Both the position numbers and the translations under genes were made by a program. The notes below the pieces were generated by a model. That model was not told the origin of the DNA, searched no databases, and saw nothing but the letters and a program-made list of their open reading frames with translations. Positions 13,800-26,284 of a stretch of 64,000 nucleotides of DNA are shown in pieces. The DNA is taken from assembly GCA_010909165.1 (NCBI GenBank), contig MU008151.1, forward strand, positions 1,106,090-1,170,089, written 5' to 3'. How positions within the stretch are numbered: position 1 is the stretch's first letter; every line of letters starts with the position of its first letter. This DNA is from Anthoceros angustus. Lineage: Eukaryota; Plantae; Anthocerotophyta.

Positions 13800-15560
13800 C
13801 CGAAGACATCATATGTCTTTGCACCGTGACCAAACATCTCACTTCAACGATGCTGGCATCCTTCGTGCGTGCTTCAATTCAATCTTCACTCCTCGTCATT
13901 CCCGACTGCCTTGGTACCGCAGAGGTGGTGATGTTCACGCCGAACGAGCTTGTGTCCTGACTTTAGTGCCTCCGCACTGCTCCCGAAGATCGGATCCGCT
14001 CCGTGTCTACAAGTACGCATCGGAGCATAGCCATCAAAGGTCACGTCCGTGTTATCAATCATGGCAACACCTCCTTCACCTCGCCTCGCATCGATGCTCG
14101 CCACACAACCGGCCATACTAGGAAGAGATCCTGGATTCAAGCTCCTTCTCGCCCATTCTCGCATGATGTTTTTGAAGTTGTTGCCCTTCACTCCCGGATC
14201 CACAAGACTTCATGCAGCACCTCCATGGCCTTGTCCAAAGAACGCCTCAATGTCTCGACCGATCTTGACACCTTCCGTGGAGTTTTCCTCGACCGACGGA
14301 AACTCTCCGGCATCTTGGTCGATTCCGCTCCGACTCCTTCAGGACGCCTTCACCAAAGTCAACAGCCTTTCTTTTCTCGCACCGCCATCATGCCAAACGC
14401 CTCATCTTCATCAGTCGAGAACAAAATCCTCCGCCTGCTCCGGCCATGTTGGCCATCTCCTTCTTGAGCTCCTCCACTTGCCCGAGGAGAGCCTTACGAC
14501 TTGGGCCCTTGCCCTTCTCCTTCTCACCGATGCAAGCTTGCCGGATGAGCTTCCCAACACGCCTCCATGTGGCCCCATCCGCCACAAGACTTACAGCTTC
14601 TTGCCCTTCCACCCGGCTTGTAGTCGCATTCAACGCCTTGTGCGCCCCCAAGATCCGCCACACTTCACACCGCTTGACTGCATTGTTAGTCGGCCTCCTT
14701 CGCACATGTGGTCTTGCCATGTCCGAGGATCGGCTCCCCGATCGGTATCTTGGAACAAACTCGAATTCCGTGTCAGACCCGTCTGAAGGGCCCTTCACGA
14801 CTGTGATCCTCCAAGTAAGCGGCCATCGCATCTCCTTTGAGCACCTTCTCGAATTTGATAGGCGCCTATCAACCGATATCTCTCTCCCATCGCTCCATGC
14901 GAGTCCATCACCTTCCTTCTTTGTCTCGCGCAATGCGCCATGAAGATCTCAGCCTCCCTCATCGCTCTTGACATCCGTGTCTTCCACCGTAACCTTCAAC
15001 TGAGGTAAGATGCACGCAATGTCTCATTAGGCTGAAAGAAAACCTCGTTCTCGGATCTTTTCGGTCAGAGGAAACATGGTGGTTAACTTGGCGAACATCA
15101 AGTCCACGGATGCTCGAGCTTGTCCAAGAGGGGTGCAATGAACCAGCCCTCTTGGCCGCCTGCACCGCTTCTCTTCTCACCACCTTCGGATCCCAGCCTT
15201 CTCATCTCAATACATTAGAGCCTCACCCGCAAGGTAGGATGACATCTTCATGAACGCCATCCTCCGAGTGAACTCGCCCTTGTATTTCATCTTGTTTTCC
15301 GCCATTGCCCAACGAAACTTCTCCTCGAACTGCAAGACATGCTTCCATGTTTTCCATGAAGACATCGTTCTTACTTGGTGTGAACTCAAGCTCCATTCTA
15401 CTCTCGCCCAATCAGAACTGCTCTCCTTGTGATGGGCGTTGTCTCGTATTGTTCGTGTCCTCTTGAATGGCGAGTAGACGCCGTGCACTTCTCCGATCGA
15501 AGACGCGCAGTGTCCTTTCGTCACCCACCCCGATCTCGTGAACACCATCAATGGTTACTC
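13800..15560 (-). pseudogene. Gypsy gag remnant
   Basis: Lies between the PBS and the protease; DVFMENMEA...MSSYLAGEALMY is retrotransposon-gag-like. Confidence 0.55.
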
Positions 15561-15843
15561 CTATGCACCACCGCACGGATGTTGTCAAAGGGCAAATTGT
15601 TTTCCACCGTTAGCCCAACCAACTAGCCGTAAAAGTACATCCACCGCCTATCCACAAACGGCTATGCGTGCTCTTCTCACACCGCTAACTCAAGAATCGT
15701 GAGACTACACACCTAAGTCATAATCAATGGCAATCGTCCATCGAAAAACATCAGCCTATCTCTTAGTGCTCGCAACACTCAACCTTCTGGATCGCACTGC
15801 CTCCCTGGTTGGATGGTGGACGACTTCCGCCTCTTCCTCCAAT

Positions 15844-15854
15844 CTCCAGCGCCA
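15844..15854 (-). promoter_or_regulatory. Putative primer-binding site TGGCGCTGGAG of the Gypsy
   Basis: TGGCGC-type PBS upstream of gag; cognate tRNA not assigned. Confidence 0.5.
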
Positions 15855-15974
15855 GATCAGATATCTTAGTCCCCAACAAGAGGATTGTTGATGTGGTGAA
15901 ATCAAGGAAAATTCTCCCAACTAATGCAACGAACCACAAGAACCTCTAGGAGACAAAGACACGTAGGACGGGGC

Positions 15975-16526
15975 TCCTATTAGAACAAGACAAACATCAA
16001 CAATCCAAGAATCCATGGTCGGTGCCTACATATATAGGCAAAACCCCGAGTTCTCGATGAAGTGTCCACCCATATCGATGGTGGGCACTTTATAATCCTA
16101 CTTTCCTTGGCCTTCAAATAATAATATTTTATGTGTTTAACAGCCTATTCGCCCTTTTCCTTGATTTATGATTTTATGTATTTTCTAATATAAAGCTATC
16201 TATATATGCGCATAGCACCGCTACATGCATAACAATGCATATAGATTGCATGCGCCATGACACATCACCGCCACATGTCCACATCACATGTCATCCTTCA
16301 TCTCCATACGCATGCATGCATACATGGCACACATGCATGCATACATGTCATGTGCGTGCCATCCATGGGCCATGTACATGACATCATCACACTTCAAAGA
16401 TCGTGGCTTATGCCGAGATGCTCCAACAAGATTCAGTCATTTCAAAGATTCGGCTTATGCCTGTGATGCTCTAGTATCCCATAGAGTCTTAGGTGCCTGC
16501 TTCCCATACAAAGAATAAAGATGACA
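15975..16526. repeat. LTR-like direct repeat, copy 2
   Basis: (T)CCTATTAGAACAAGAC...AAGATGACA; matches 7491-8042 along its whole length. Confidence 0.85.
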
Positions 16527-17483
16527 CCCACCTGTAGGCTCCGTGCGGCGCGCCGTGCGGATGCGGGCGCCCGCGGGCGCGCCAGAGGCGGGGCTCCCGT
16601 TCGCCGGGCTCACCGGCCTCCGCTCGATGCTCCGGCCATGGAGGGCCTCCACGCACGCCCACGCGCTTGCCGCCGTGCTCCAGCACGATCCGCGGGATGG
16701 TGGGGGAGGTCGCCTGGGGCCACCACCTATGCACGCCGCAGGGCGCCCGCGCAACGCCAACAAGAATGCCGCGGCGCACTACCAGGCACGCTCCGGAGCG
16801 CACTACAGACGCCCGGGTGAGGCGCGGATCATCGCCCCTCCTCCGCTCAGGTGAGGGCGCCGGAATTGCTGCCTCCTCTTGCCTGGAATTACCGGCCATA
16901 TCCATTTCCTTGAGCCCGCACAGGATGACGTACACGCATCGAGATGGCTTCCAATGCGCGGAGGGAGGCCTTCAATGCTCGTGTAATTTTGTTGAATTCC
17001 AGCCTCGATGGAATTCACAGCATCATCGTGCCTCGCAGTGTAATTGGTAGGGCCGTGGGTCCAAGCTTGCTTGCATGTCCGGTCGAGTGCGGCGGTGTAG
17101 AAATTGTGAAAATCATCGCCACGCTGAGGTGGTGGGCACAGGCACGATGGAGCCTCACGGCACGGTGCAAGGCTATTGTAGGCTCGTGGGTCATTCTCCG
17201 TCGAGGCGACCATGTCGTGCACAAGGCTTGTACGTGGGTCATTCTCCGTCGAGGCAGCCATGTGCCTTGGTTTGCATGCCACGGCAGCTCTCCATATTGA
17301 GAACTTCTACAATGGGACGACTCCTGGAGGATCATAGCATGATGTAGGCTCTGATACCATATTAAAATCCTAGCAGTAGGATTGTGCATCTCTTGTATTA
17401 GTCTAGCATTATCGAGATGCTATCCTCACGAAGATTGTGCATCTCTTGTATTAGTCTAGCATTATCGAGATGCTATCCTCACA
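16527..17483 (-). mobile_element. 5' remnant of a Copia/TRIM-like LTR element (short LTR, Met PBS, decayed gag)
   Basis: GCTCTGATACCA at 17348-17359 (PBS TGGTATCAGAGC on minus). Adjacent 17360-17483 segment ends in CA and has an internal ~62-bp tandem duplication. Gag-like remnants follow. Confidence 0.65.
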
Positions 17484-18474
17484 TTTACGAGCAAGGCGAA
17501 GTGGAGGCGGTGGAGGAAGTGCAGTTTGATGGCCGCGCAGTGAGCAGGCAAGGAGCCTACCCCGGCCACGTCGGGGCGGCCTTCTGAGCCTGTGGAGTCA
17601 GGCGAAGCGCACCATCGTGGTGATCGAGGACCGGCGTTAACAACCTCAGCAGGCGTGGGACTGCTGTGAACTCCTGGCGCCCTGGCCGGTTCTTCGTCAG
17701 TGCAATCCACTTCTGACAACCCGGTTCTTATTGGCGCGGAAGGCGAGTCAGCTCGCCAGCCCTGCACAGCGCGCTCAACGTCTGCTGCGCCCCGCTTGCC
17801 GCTCATGCTGCCTCACCGTGACCTCTACTTCCTCCGCTCGCCACCTCCATCTTGGCCGGCTGCGTGTTGGATTCGCCGCCGGGATCCCGCCTCGAGGGCC
17901 GCCAGGCGTCTGGCGGATGTTGGTACCGCACCCTCATTTCTTCTTTGCTTGGCTCAGCCAGCTGGGTGTATGGAGAAGCTGAGGAGGTGGAGCCCTTGGT
18001 GAAGAATCTGGCGTTCACAGGCTACTGCGCCTATCTTGGACTCTCATTGGGCACGCCTCCAGGATCGGATTAGTCTCCCTCCTGGGGTGGAGGAAGGTGC
18101 ATTGTGAATTCTCCACACGGTCCTAGTCTCCTCCGGGAGTGGAGGAAGGTGCATTGTAATTCTGCCATGCGTCTTGTGTTGCTACGTCCTCATCGTTCGA
18201 GAAGACCGACACGTAGTCAATCGTAAGGTCGATACACTCACATCCCGAGGATGCGATTTGAAGAAAGCTCATGAAGGCCTCCCAAGATGATGAGATGGAA
18301 GCCTGGGCCATACGGAATGGAGTTACGCAATCCTCATGCAGCGGTGAGAACCACTCAATGGCGACCATGGCTTGATATATGGTTTAATGCGGTCATTAAG
18401 GGGCTCGCATCGAGCAATACACACACGCGGTAACCTTGGGCATCACGAGAATGTGCTTAGGGTTTCGAGGTCTG

Positions 18475-18728
18475 TGTTAGAGATTCAATCTCTGCTACTT
18501 ACTCTAGTATATTAGGATATACTAGGATATTGCACTATCGAGGGCTTACCTCCTCGATAGTTGCCTAGCCTAAGGGCTATATATGTAGCACCCCATGCAC
18601 CTATTGATGCGTCTTGTGGAGCCTATCTAAGCGGTGGAGCTTTGTGTGCCATCCATTACCTGCTTGTAATTGTTGATCTGTCCATTTGCCTTGCCCGGGT
18701 GGCTTGCGAGCCTTGTGCAATTCTAACA
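18475..18728 (+). repeat. Copia 5' LTR
   Basis: TGTTAGAGATTCAATC...GCAATTCTAACA followed by the PBS. Confidence 0.92.
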
Positions 18729-18835
18729 TGGTATCAGGCGGGAACAGTTGCGAGACTCGACAAGAGGGGAGTCGCGATGGCAATGAGCTTAGTGACCTAG
18801 GCGAGCGGTGGAGTTGGTGCGAACAGGAGGTCAAG

Positions 18836-21480
18836 ATGGCACGTAACTCATTTTCCATAGGGCCACTTCCGGTGTCCCCACGCTCGATGGAACAGGTTTC
18901 GTGTATGGAAAACATCCATGAAGGTGGTTCTCATGGCGGAGGACGGGTTTGCTATTGCGGAAGGCAAGGAGCAAACCTCCTCAAAGAGAGAGACCAATTA
19001 GAGAGACCATCACAACGCCTCATATACATGAGTCTCCGTGGTCAAGCTAGACGCTGGAGATCCCACAAAGGACAAGCAACCGTGGATCTACTCACCACAA
19101 AGTACGGAAGGAGGCGAGGTTATGCACTGCTCACCCAAGCTCAAGTATATCACCTGCAAATGAGGAGCACATCGATACCTTCCGTGAATTGTTTATTGCA
19201 ATGGAGGCATCCGACAAGATGTATGCGATGCCCTGTGGATTGCGGTTATTCTTATATCGCTCATGCCCAAGCTTGGTCGTGGTTCATCGACTTCCTCATA
19301 GCCCAAGACAACCTCACATGGGAGGAGGCGACGTCACGTCATCATGGCGAGACTGGATGCAAAGGCGGGGTCCTCAACGGGTCCGGAGCATGCGATGTTC
19401 TGGGAAGGAAGAGAAACAACACGAACAAAGACACGCAGGGAAGTCCTCGCAGGACACCAGTGACCAACGAAATGAAGAAGGGACAATGTGAAATGCTTCA
19501 AGTATGGTCATTACGAAGGAGTGCAAGGACAAGAAGACCGCGAATCTCACGGAGAGCGAGAGTCAAGACGAGGTCGCAGAGGCAAGACTTGTAGAAACGC
19601 ATTTCAAGAATGTCGCAAGACACGTTGTAAACGACACCGACAGCTTGACTGCATGTACATCCTTCATGGTGAAGGATAAGGAACTTCTTCACAAGTTCGA
19701 GCGAAGTCGGCAGTGCGCTGGGGAATGACGAGATAGGAGTTCGAGGTTCGGAGTATAGGTAGCAGCGGGAGGTCAAAGCGTGGAAGGAGCGCTCTTTGTC
19801 CCTAACCTCGCGAATCTCATGTCCGTTGCACCGTTGTGGCGGCAGTCTGCGGGTCCTTTTACGAAGAAGGAAGTTTTATACGAAGAATGGACAAATGCAG
19901 CGGCGTAGTGGCGAAGGCCACGTCACGATTTATACGGATGGAAATTCACGATGACCAAGAGGTTCGATGTAGAGAGGAGGAAATGCCTTGTATGCATGAT
20001 TGGGCATACCAACTGCAAGTTTCTCCTGGATATGGGAGCAAGAAGCTAGTGACGGGCATGGAGCTCAAAAGGCGAGAACTTCGATGCATGCGGCTTGCAT
20101 GAAAGGCAAGCACCCCGATCATATGTTTGATCACCAAGAACAGTTTTGGAACTTGTTCACTCGATCTTTGCGGTCCAATGCAAGTGGACGCAAGAATGCT
20201 CTGCTACATTTCGTTCATTGGCGATTACTGATGACAGTGGTGTACTTCTGCGGAAGAAGAGTGATGCTCTCAAAGCATTTCGGATGTTTAGAGCGTGCGA
20301 GAAACAAACCGGCAAGAAGTTGAAGAAACTTGGACGGATGGGGAGGAGAGTATTTGAGTACACTCTTCAAGGATGAATGCACGCGGAATTGAGAGGCGAT
20401 TGACGACTAACGCCTCAGCGAGGCGAGGATTGCCGGCGGAAGAATCGCACCATCTGCGCTTTCTAGCATGCTAGCGAGTGTTGCCTAAGTATTTACGGGC
20501 GAGCAGCGGTTACTTGACGCACTGGTATATGTCGATAACCATGGCGCTAGGTGGATCTATGACACCTCATGAAGCAGTGGTGAGAAACCAAATGTCTCAC
20601 TTGAGTGTTTGGGCTGCGTAGCATATCGCATGTTCTAAGCAAGCTGCGGAAGAAGTGGATAGCGGAAGCATCAAGTGCGGCTTCATTGGTTATGCGAATG
20701 AGCGAAGGCTTCTGATTGTGGGATCCGTCGGCAGCGGATGCATGAAAGTTACGATGTCGTGTTCGATGAGAACAATATTGGAAGTCATCACGGAGAACAC
20801 GGTACATTTACGGACCTACGAGTTTATCCGAGGACACCTTCCTTGTCCCGGATCCACCAATGACGAAGGATCACCACACGGAGGTGATGGTGAGGACATC
20901 AGTGAGGTTGTACCACCTATTGTTCCCGAGAATTCTCGGAGGAGGAAATTCGGAAGTAACAGGCATGTTGAGGAGTTAGTTCCGGCGCCGGAGGATGTAG
21001 AGGCGACCAATAGCGGCTATTAAGACGGTCGACAAGGGTTCCGACCTTCGCGGAAGGTCCTCGAGAATGCCCGACTCAACATGGTGAGCGGACGATGGTG
21101 TTTTCTTCTCGAAGATGATATCCGCTCACAATTGAGGAAGCAAGCGGACTGAAGGTGAGTTGTGGCATGAAGCTATTCGCATTGAGTATAATTCGATGCT
21201 CGAAAACAACGTTTGGGCGTTGGTTGATTTGCCACCGGGAGAAAGCCGCGCAAGTGGACTTTCAAGAAAAAGTACAATCTTGACGGATCTCTGGAAAGGC
21301 ATAAAGAGACTAGTGGCTCAGGTTTCACTCAAGTGAAAGGGACTCGAGGAGACCTTCTCCCGGTAGTTCATGAATAGATCTCAAAGGCGTGATTCGGATC
21401 TCATACCTCCGCACCGAGGAGATGGTGGCGATATCTTCACCAAGGCCCGCCAAAGTTTGCACATTGCTCGATCTTGGCGG
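18836..21480 (+). pseudogene. Copia gag-pol, frameshifted
   Basis: Zn knuckle KCFKYGH; LELVHS.LCGPM (INT); KCGFIGY; NNVWALVDLPPGRK..KKKYNLDGSLERHK..EETFS (RT start), then a direct jump to TEEMVADIFTKA (RNase H end). Confidence 0.9.
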
Positions 21481-21504
21481 TAAGTAGCTTTAGCTTGAAG
21501 GGAG

Positions 21505-21774
21505 TGTTAGAGATTCAATCGCTACTTACTCTAGTATATTAGGATATATTAGGATATTGCACTATCGAGTCTAGGGCTTACCTCCTCGATAGTTGCCTAG
21601 CCTAAGGGCTATATATGTAGCACCGTGCACCTATTGATGCTGCATCATGTGGAGCCTATCTGCCAGTGGAGCTTTGGATGGCATCGTGTGCCATCCATTA
21701 CCGCTTGTGTCCGCTATGTGTTGATCTCTGCCTGCCTGTGCCGTGCTTGGCTGTGCCTTGTGCAATTCTAACCA
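21505..21774 (+). repeat. Copia 3' LTR
   Basis: TGTTAGAGATTCAATC...GCAATTCTAACCA, preceded by the PPT. Confidence 0.92.
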
Positions 21775-22589
21775 GGCATCTGCAGCTGAGCAACTCAGCT
21801 CTTGACCTGCTTTTGAGATCCGAGACGTTGATGCAAGATCTACTAGGATGGAATTCGGTGCTTGCCGGTTGCAAGTGGAGCAACCAACGCATAACTTTTT
21901 GGGCACTGGCTATGTGCTCGGATCAATTGGGCAGTGAAGGACATTGCTGAAATAGTATGTCATTTCCAAAGTTGAACTTTCTGGTTGCATTAGAGATGAT
22001 TAACTGGAGGAGAGACGGAGAAGGAGAAGGAGAAGGAAGCTGAATTTGGTGAAGGTTCACCATCGCTGCGTAAATGGAATTGCGCACCAGGAGGAGGCGC
22101 CCATGACGTTCTCTGATGCTTCTGATCTGGATGCGTTGCTGGATGCTGAAAGCAGCGACGAGGATGACAGTGATGAAATGGAGGTACAGGCCTCCACAGG
22201 CGGATCGATGATATCTTCAAGGATTTTGACGAATTCGGGCTGGATGAGGGGTTCCGAGGTCTGAGCCGCAGCAGGAGTCTGCAGGAGGCCACGCCACGCG
22301 GCACGGGCGGGAGAACGTGGATGTGGACCAATTCGAGGAGACTGAGGGTGGTCCTGCTGTTGCCAGCCCAGCCTTGCCTGCAGGAGGCCGGTTTTGGAGG
22401 AGGATTTACGACACGCAGACACTTCAGAGCCGTGCAGTTTGGATTCCCAGGATGAGGGTGACGATGTGAGGAACACTGTCGTTGCTGATACCTGGGAGGT
22501 GGAGGACCAGGGTGTCAGGGAATTCCGTATCACCACATCCCTTGCCGCTTATCTGTCGAAAACCCGGCGTGCAGCCTCCAGTTTGCCAC

Positions 22590-22810
22590 ATTCTGCACAC
22601 ATGTCCACCAGGCTGGTGCCCAATTACTACGCGTTACCAGCTGTCCTTTTTGAGTGCAGCTCACTGCCTTTCTTTAAGGCACCAGTGCTTCCACACGTAA
22701 CATGGTCAGCCAGAATGAGGCGCTCCTGCTCCATTTGTCCATACAGAACAAGCGTCTCATGTCCGAGCCCTTGCTGGGCATTCCCAGCTATCAGGGCAGT
22801 GCATGTCACC
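22590..22810 (-). pseudogene. PPR fragment inserted in module A
   Basis: VVTCTALIAGNAQQGLGHETLVLYGQMEQERLILADHVT. Confidence 0.75.
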
Positions 22811-23589
22811 ACATGTTTGGTGTTCATGCTGTCAAAAACCTGGCAAGCAACTTTCAGTTTACTACATTTCAGGCAGTGTCGTCCAGGATGCCCAGCTGCT
22901 GGAGTGGGCTGATGACAGAGAGGATGGAGTGGGCGCCGATTCCCTGTACGTGGGTGCTCTGTCTGACGTTCAGAGCTCTGCGTCTGGCATCTCCCAATCC
23001 AGCTCAGAGGCCCTAGGCAGGGAAGATGGTGGGATGCCGGAGGATATGCTTCAGAGTACGAGCACCAACTTGTTTGAGGGAGACAGAAAGCGGGAGCGAG
23101 CTTTGTCGGCGGTGGGAGGTAAGGAATACTTTCTCAAGTCAGGGGCCTCCAAGTGACCACTTGGAGGCCGGGAGCTGCGTTTGCAGCAGCTGCAGCTGCA
23201 GCTGCCTCTCGGTTATTTAGGAGTAGAATGATTGCTGACTTGGAGAAGTCTAGCAGCTCACATCTCTCTTCAGCTCATACGCCTGAGGACGACTCTACCT
23301 TTGGTGATCCCTCCACATCAGTCCACAACCACGACCTTGTTGAGGGCGACTCATTATTCCAGTCCCTAGGACATCCAGACCTGACTGACAGCTCGGGAGT
23401 AGCTCAATCTTTGTCTTCGCATACACCTTTGGCTTGTCGCCCTTATGTTTTATCATTAATGCTTGTCGAGGCACGGACAACCGTCAACCTAAGACGTCGA
23501 AGAGAAGCCATCTCGTCAGCAGGAGAGCTGGGAGGTTCGACCCCTGCTTTCTGTGAGTGACTGTCTCGTCGTTGTTTCAACCAGTCATG

Positions 23590-23835
23590 GGAGAACTATG
23601 TTTCAGAGATGCCGAGAAAGGCACAAAATTTATCCTCGCTTTGGTGGAAGCCATCGTTGAGGGCTCTCCAACCGAAGAGATGTCAGGAAGGCATGGTTGT
23701 ACGATTCCGTGACTTTTGTGTGCCTCTTGCTGGCATGTGAAAATGTGGCATCCTTGGGTGTGGGAAGACAGCCACACAGGCAGATTGTATGACAGGGACT
23801 CCAAGCCAATGTGTTTGTAGCTGGCAGTTTGACCA
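23590..23835 (+). pseudogene. PPR fragment
   Basis: VV.DSVTFVCLLLACENVASLGVGRQ.H.QI...LQANVFVAGSL; paralogous to 57350-57690 and 36330-36580. Confidence 0.75.
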
Positions 23836-23969
23836 AGCTATGTGCAAGAACGACGGACCACGTCAACCTATACCCGCCTTTTTGTCCCAATGTACGTCAT
23901 CTCTGCAGGCCAATTCCATCATCCACAAGCACCACGCACATGACGATTGATTTTTGTGGTGTGGAGGCA

Positions 23970-24240
23970 TTCTCCTTACTAAACATATTGCCTCATCCAC
24001 TCGTCATGCGCGGCCCAGGAGTGCTTTTCTGTGGGAACTATGCCGTCGAGTCTGCTCATTGCCTCAAAAGGCTCCCGCCCCTCATGCACCAGTCCTGCAC
24101 GACAGCAGACAGTCAGTACACTGAGGAATGCGATACCGTCTGGTTGCAAGCCATCCTGTTTCTCTGGACCAACTCAAAGTCCACTTTACTGTCTCCTTCA
24201 TGGCGGGTGTAGCCTGCAATCAGTGCATCCAGATGACGGA
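23970..24240 (-). pseudogene. PPR (P2-L2-S2-like) fragment
   Basis: ALIAGY...QDGLQPDGIAFLSVLTVC..GL..EGR..EAMSRL.GIVP; copies at 28625, 44435, 54930 and 56770. Confidence 0.8.
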
Positions 24241-24297
24241 TGCCTCTTAAGGCAATGTCTCTTGCTAGCCGAGTGAGCCAGAGGACATTTAAGAGGT

Positions 24298-24476
24298 GGC
24301 CAAAGAACAATGGCCTGGTGTTCCACAAATGAAATAATAAGGCCCAGGCTGAGTAAGAGTAATGGCCGTCTTTCCACTACCATGTACTGCAATTGGGTTG
24401 TTGCTGTTGCAAGTGTCGTAGTCCGCTTGTGAGCTTACTTGCACCACATTATGGATGGCTACCGCATGTGTGAATA
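24298..24476 (-). pseudogene. Phytocyanin (blue-copper/plastocyanin-like domain) exon-2 fragment with its upstream intron acceptor
   Basis: ..CTACAG|TA TTC.. then FTHAVAIHNVVQVSSQADYDTCNSNNPIAVHGSGKTAITLTQPGPYYFICGTPGHC; truncated before the axial ligand. Confidence 0.88.
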
Positions 24477-26284
24477 CTGTAGGCAGATGAGATCGGGCAG
24501 TTTAATGATGAGAAGCAACAATAGGGAGGTGATGTGAAATAGAGTTGGGAAGGTTGGAACACCTACATAGTGTATCTCCTACACGGTATTTATGCTCGGA
24601 GGCCCAAGAGGTGTAGTTCACATTAGCGAGACTCGGCAAGGTTCAACCAGCCTCATCACCCACTTCAAACTGTGTTTGCGCAAATACACCATGCACAAGC
24701 ACAATGTTGATTGCAAGCAAGAGGCCCAGTTCTACACAAAAGCTGGCGCTTCATGTCCATGTTGGGCAGTTGGCAGAGATCACAGCTATTAGCTCGATAA
24801 CACAAACTTTCTGGGTTTGCCGCTAGCTGGGAAGTGGAATCTCACGGAGATGAGCTCACAAAACTGCTGAACTGACCATCGACTTGCCACTTTATGTCAA
24901 AAGAAACGCAGCATGGCGGTTAGAGATAGGCTCCTCAACTACCGTTTACAACGACCAGTTCATGGTGTGAGGACAGCACCCACCACCCACATCTGTAACT
25001 CAGACCTAGTAGTCATGCCTCAACCGTTGTCGAGGAAAGGTCATGTAGGAAGCAGCGAAAGGAAAGACTGTTTGCCTGCAAGAGGAAGCCACCAGATGAG
25101 TTCCGTTTAGAGTGCATGTAGGCATGGAGCGAGGTCCAAGACTTCTCGAGCAGGGCCTGGACTTTTCGGTGAAACAGACAGTAAAGGAGCTTGACAGAAA
25201 GAGAATTGAAATAGGTGCAAGCAACAATTTACAAGCTGCCTACGTCTAACTGTGCAAGCGCCTTACTACGGAAGTGATTGAAATGTGTGTTTGACAGAAA
25301 TGTTGACTGTCAAAGACTGTGCTGTCTCTGCCTACTACAACACAGCCTGGTTCAATGGCTGCAAAATATTAAATCGCTTCGACAGTGTGCACCATCTGCC
25401 TTGAGCTTAAGCCAACAGAGGAGCCCCTCATCTGGCACCGCCCTTATTTCTTTGCATAGTAGTGCTGCTTCTCGTTGGTCAGAGATGAAAGAGATTGGAC
25501 ACACAATTGTCAAAAACAATTCATCAATGGCATCACCTGCCTTTGGACGAGGAACAGGCACGTTATCAGTAGGAAAATGGTCACATCCAGGGACACAGTC
25601 GAGGCTAGCCAAAATCCAGGGCGCTTTGCCTACCATTTTCATCCCTGCATTAGGACCAGGATGGCAACCAGGTGAAACACACCTTCCCTTCCTCACCTTC
25701 GAAGAAAGCAAAATCTCCAGTTAGTTGGATATCGGAGATGGCCGTGAGCGATTTTCCGCGTTGTCTAGTGTCATAGAGACATGAAGGCAAGGGCCTCAGA
25801 CGCCATTCCAGTGACGACATCCTTTCCCAGCTTTGGCCGGTCGGGAAGATGGAACACATACATCCTAACAGTGTGCAAAAGATCTAGAAATCATTCAAGC
25901 AGAGGACCGAAAATCTGGACTTGCTTCTTGAAAACGAAAGCTCAAGCACCTACAGCCCTGCAACTCACACGTTCTTTCCTTCCTACCTCCACGAGCTAAC
26001 ACCTGTTCATCCACCCAAGAAGGCTGTGAGACGTTGCTCTTGCCAATATGCATGCAAGACTAGACTTCAGGAATGAGCAGAAAAGGAGAAATGCAAAGAC
26101 CCTACCAAATGCAAATTGCTGCACCAACACTGTCTCGCTGGAAACGATACCTGGCAGTTGATTGAAGGCATCATACAGGTTGGTTACTTATGGTAGAACA
26201 TGGCCACAACCACTGATGGGTCTATCACTGGACACAGTTTTGCGGCAGACAAGCCAATGGTGTTTTGCTTTATCATTAATGCGC

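Larger units (their letters stand above)
7491..16526 (-). mobile_element. Ty3/Gypsy LTR retrotransposon, decayed, carrying a PHD finger
   Basis: Minus-strand domain order gag-PR-RT-RH-INT-PHD; PBS-like and PPT-like sites; flanking direct repeats. Confidence 0.9.
18475..21774 (+). mobile_element. Ty1/Copia LTR retrotransposon, decayed, with most of RT deleted
   Basis: Two LTRs; PBS TGGTATCAG at 18729; PPT TTGAAGGGAG before 21505; domain order gag-INT-RT-RH. Confidence 0.93.
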
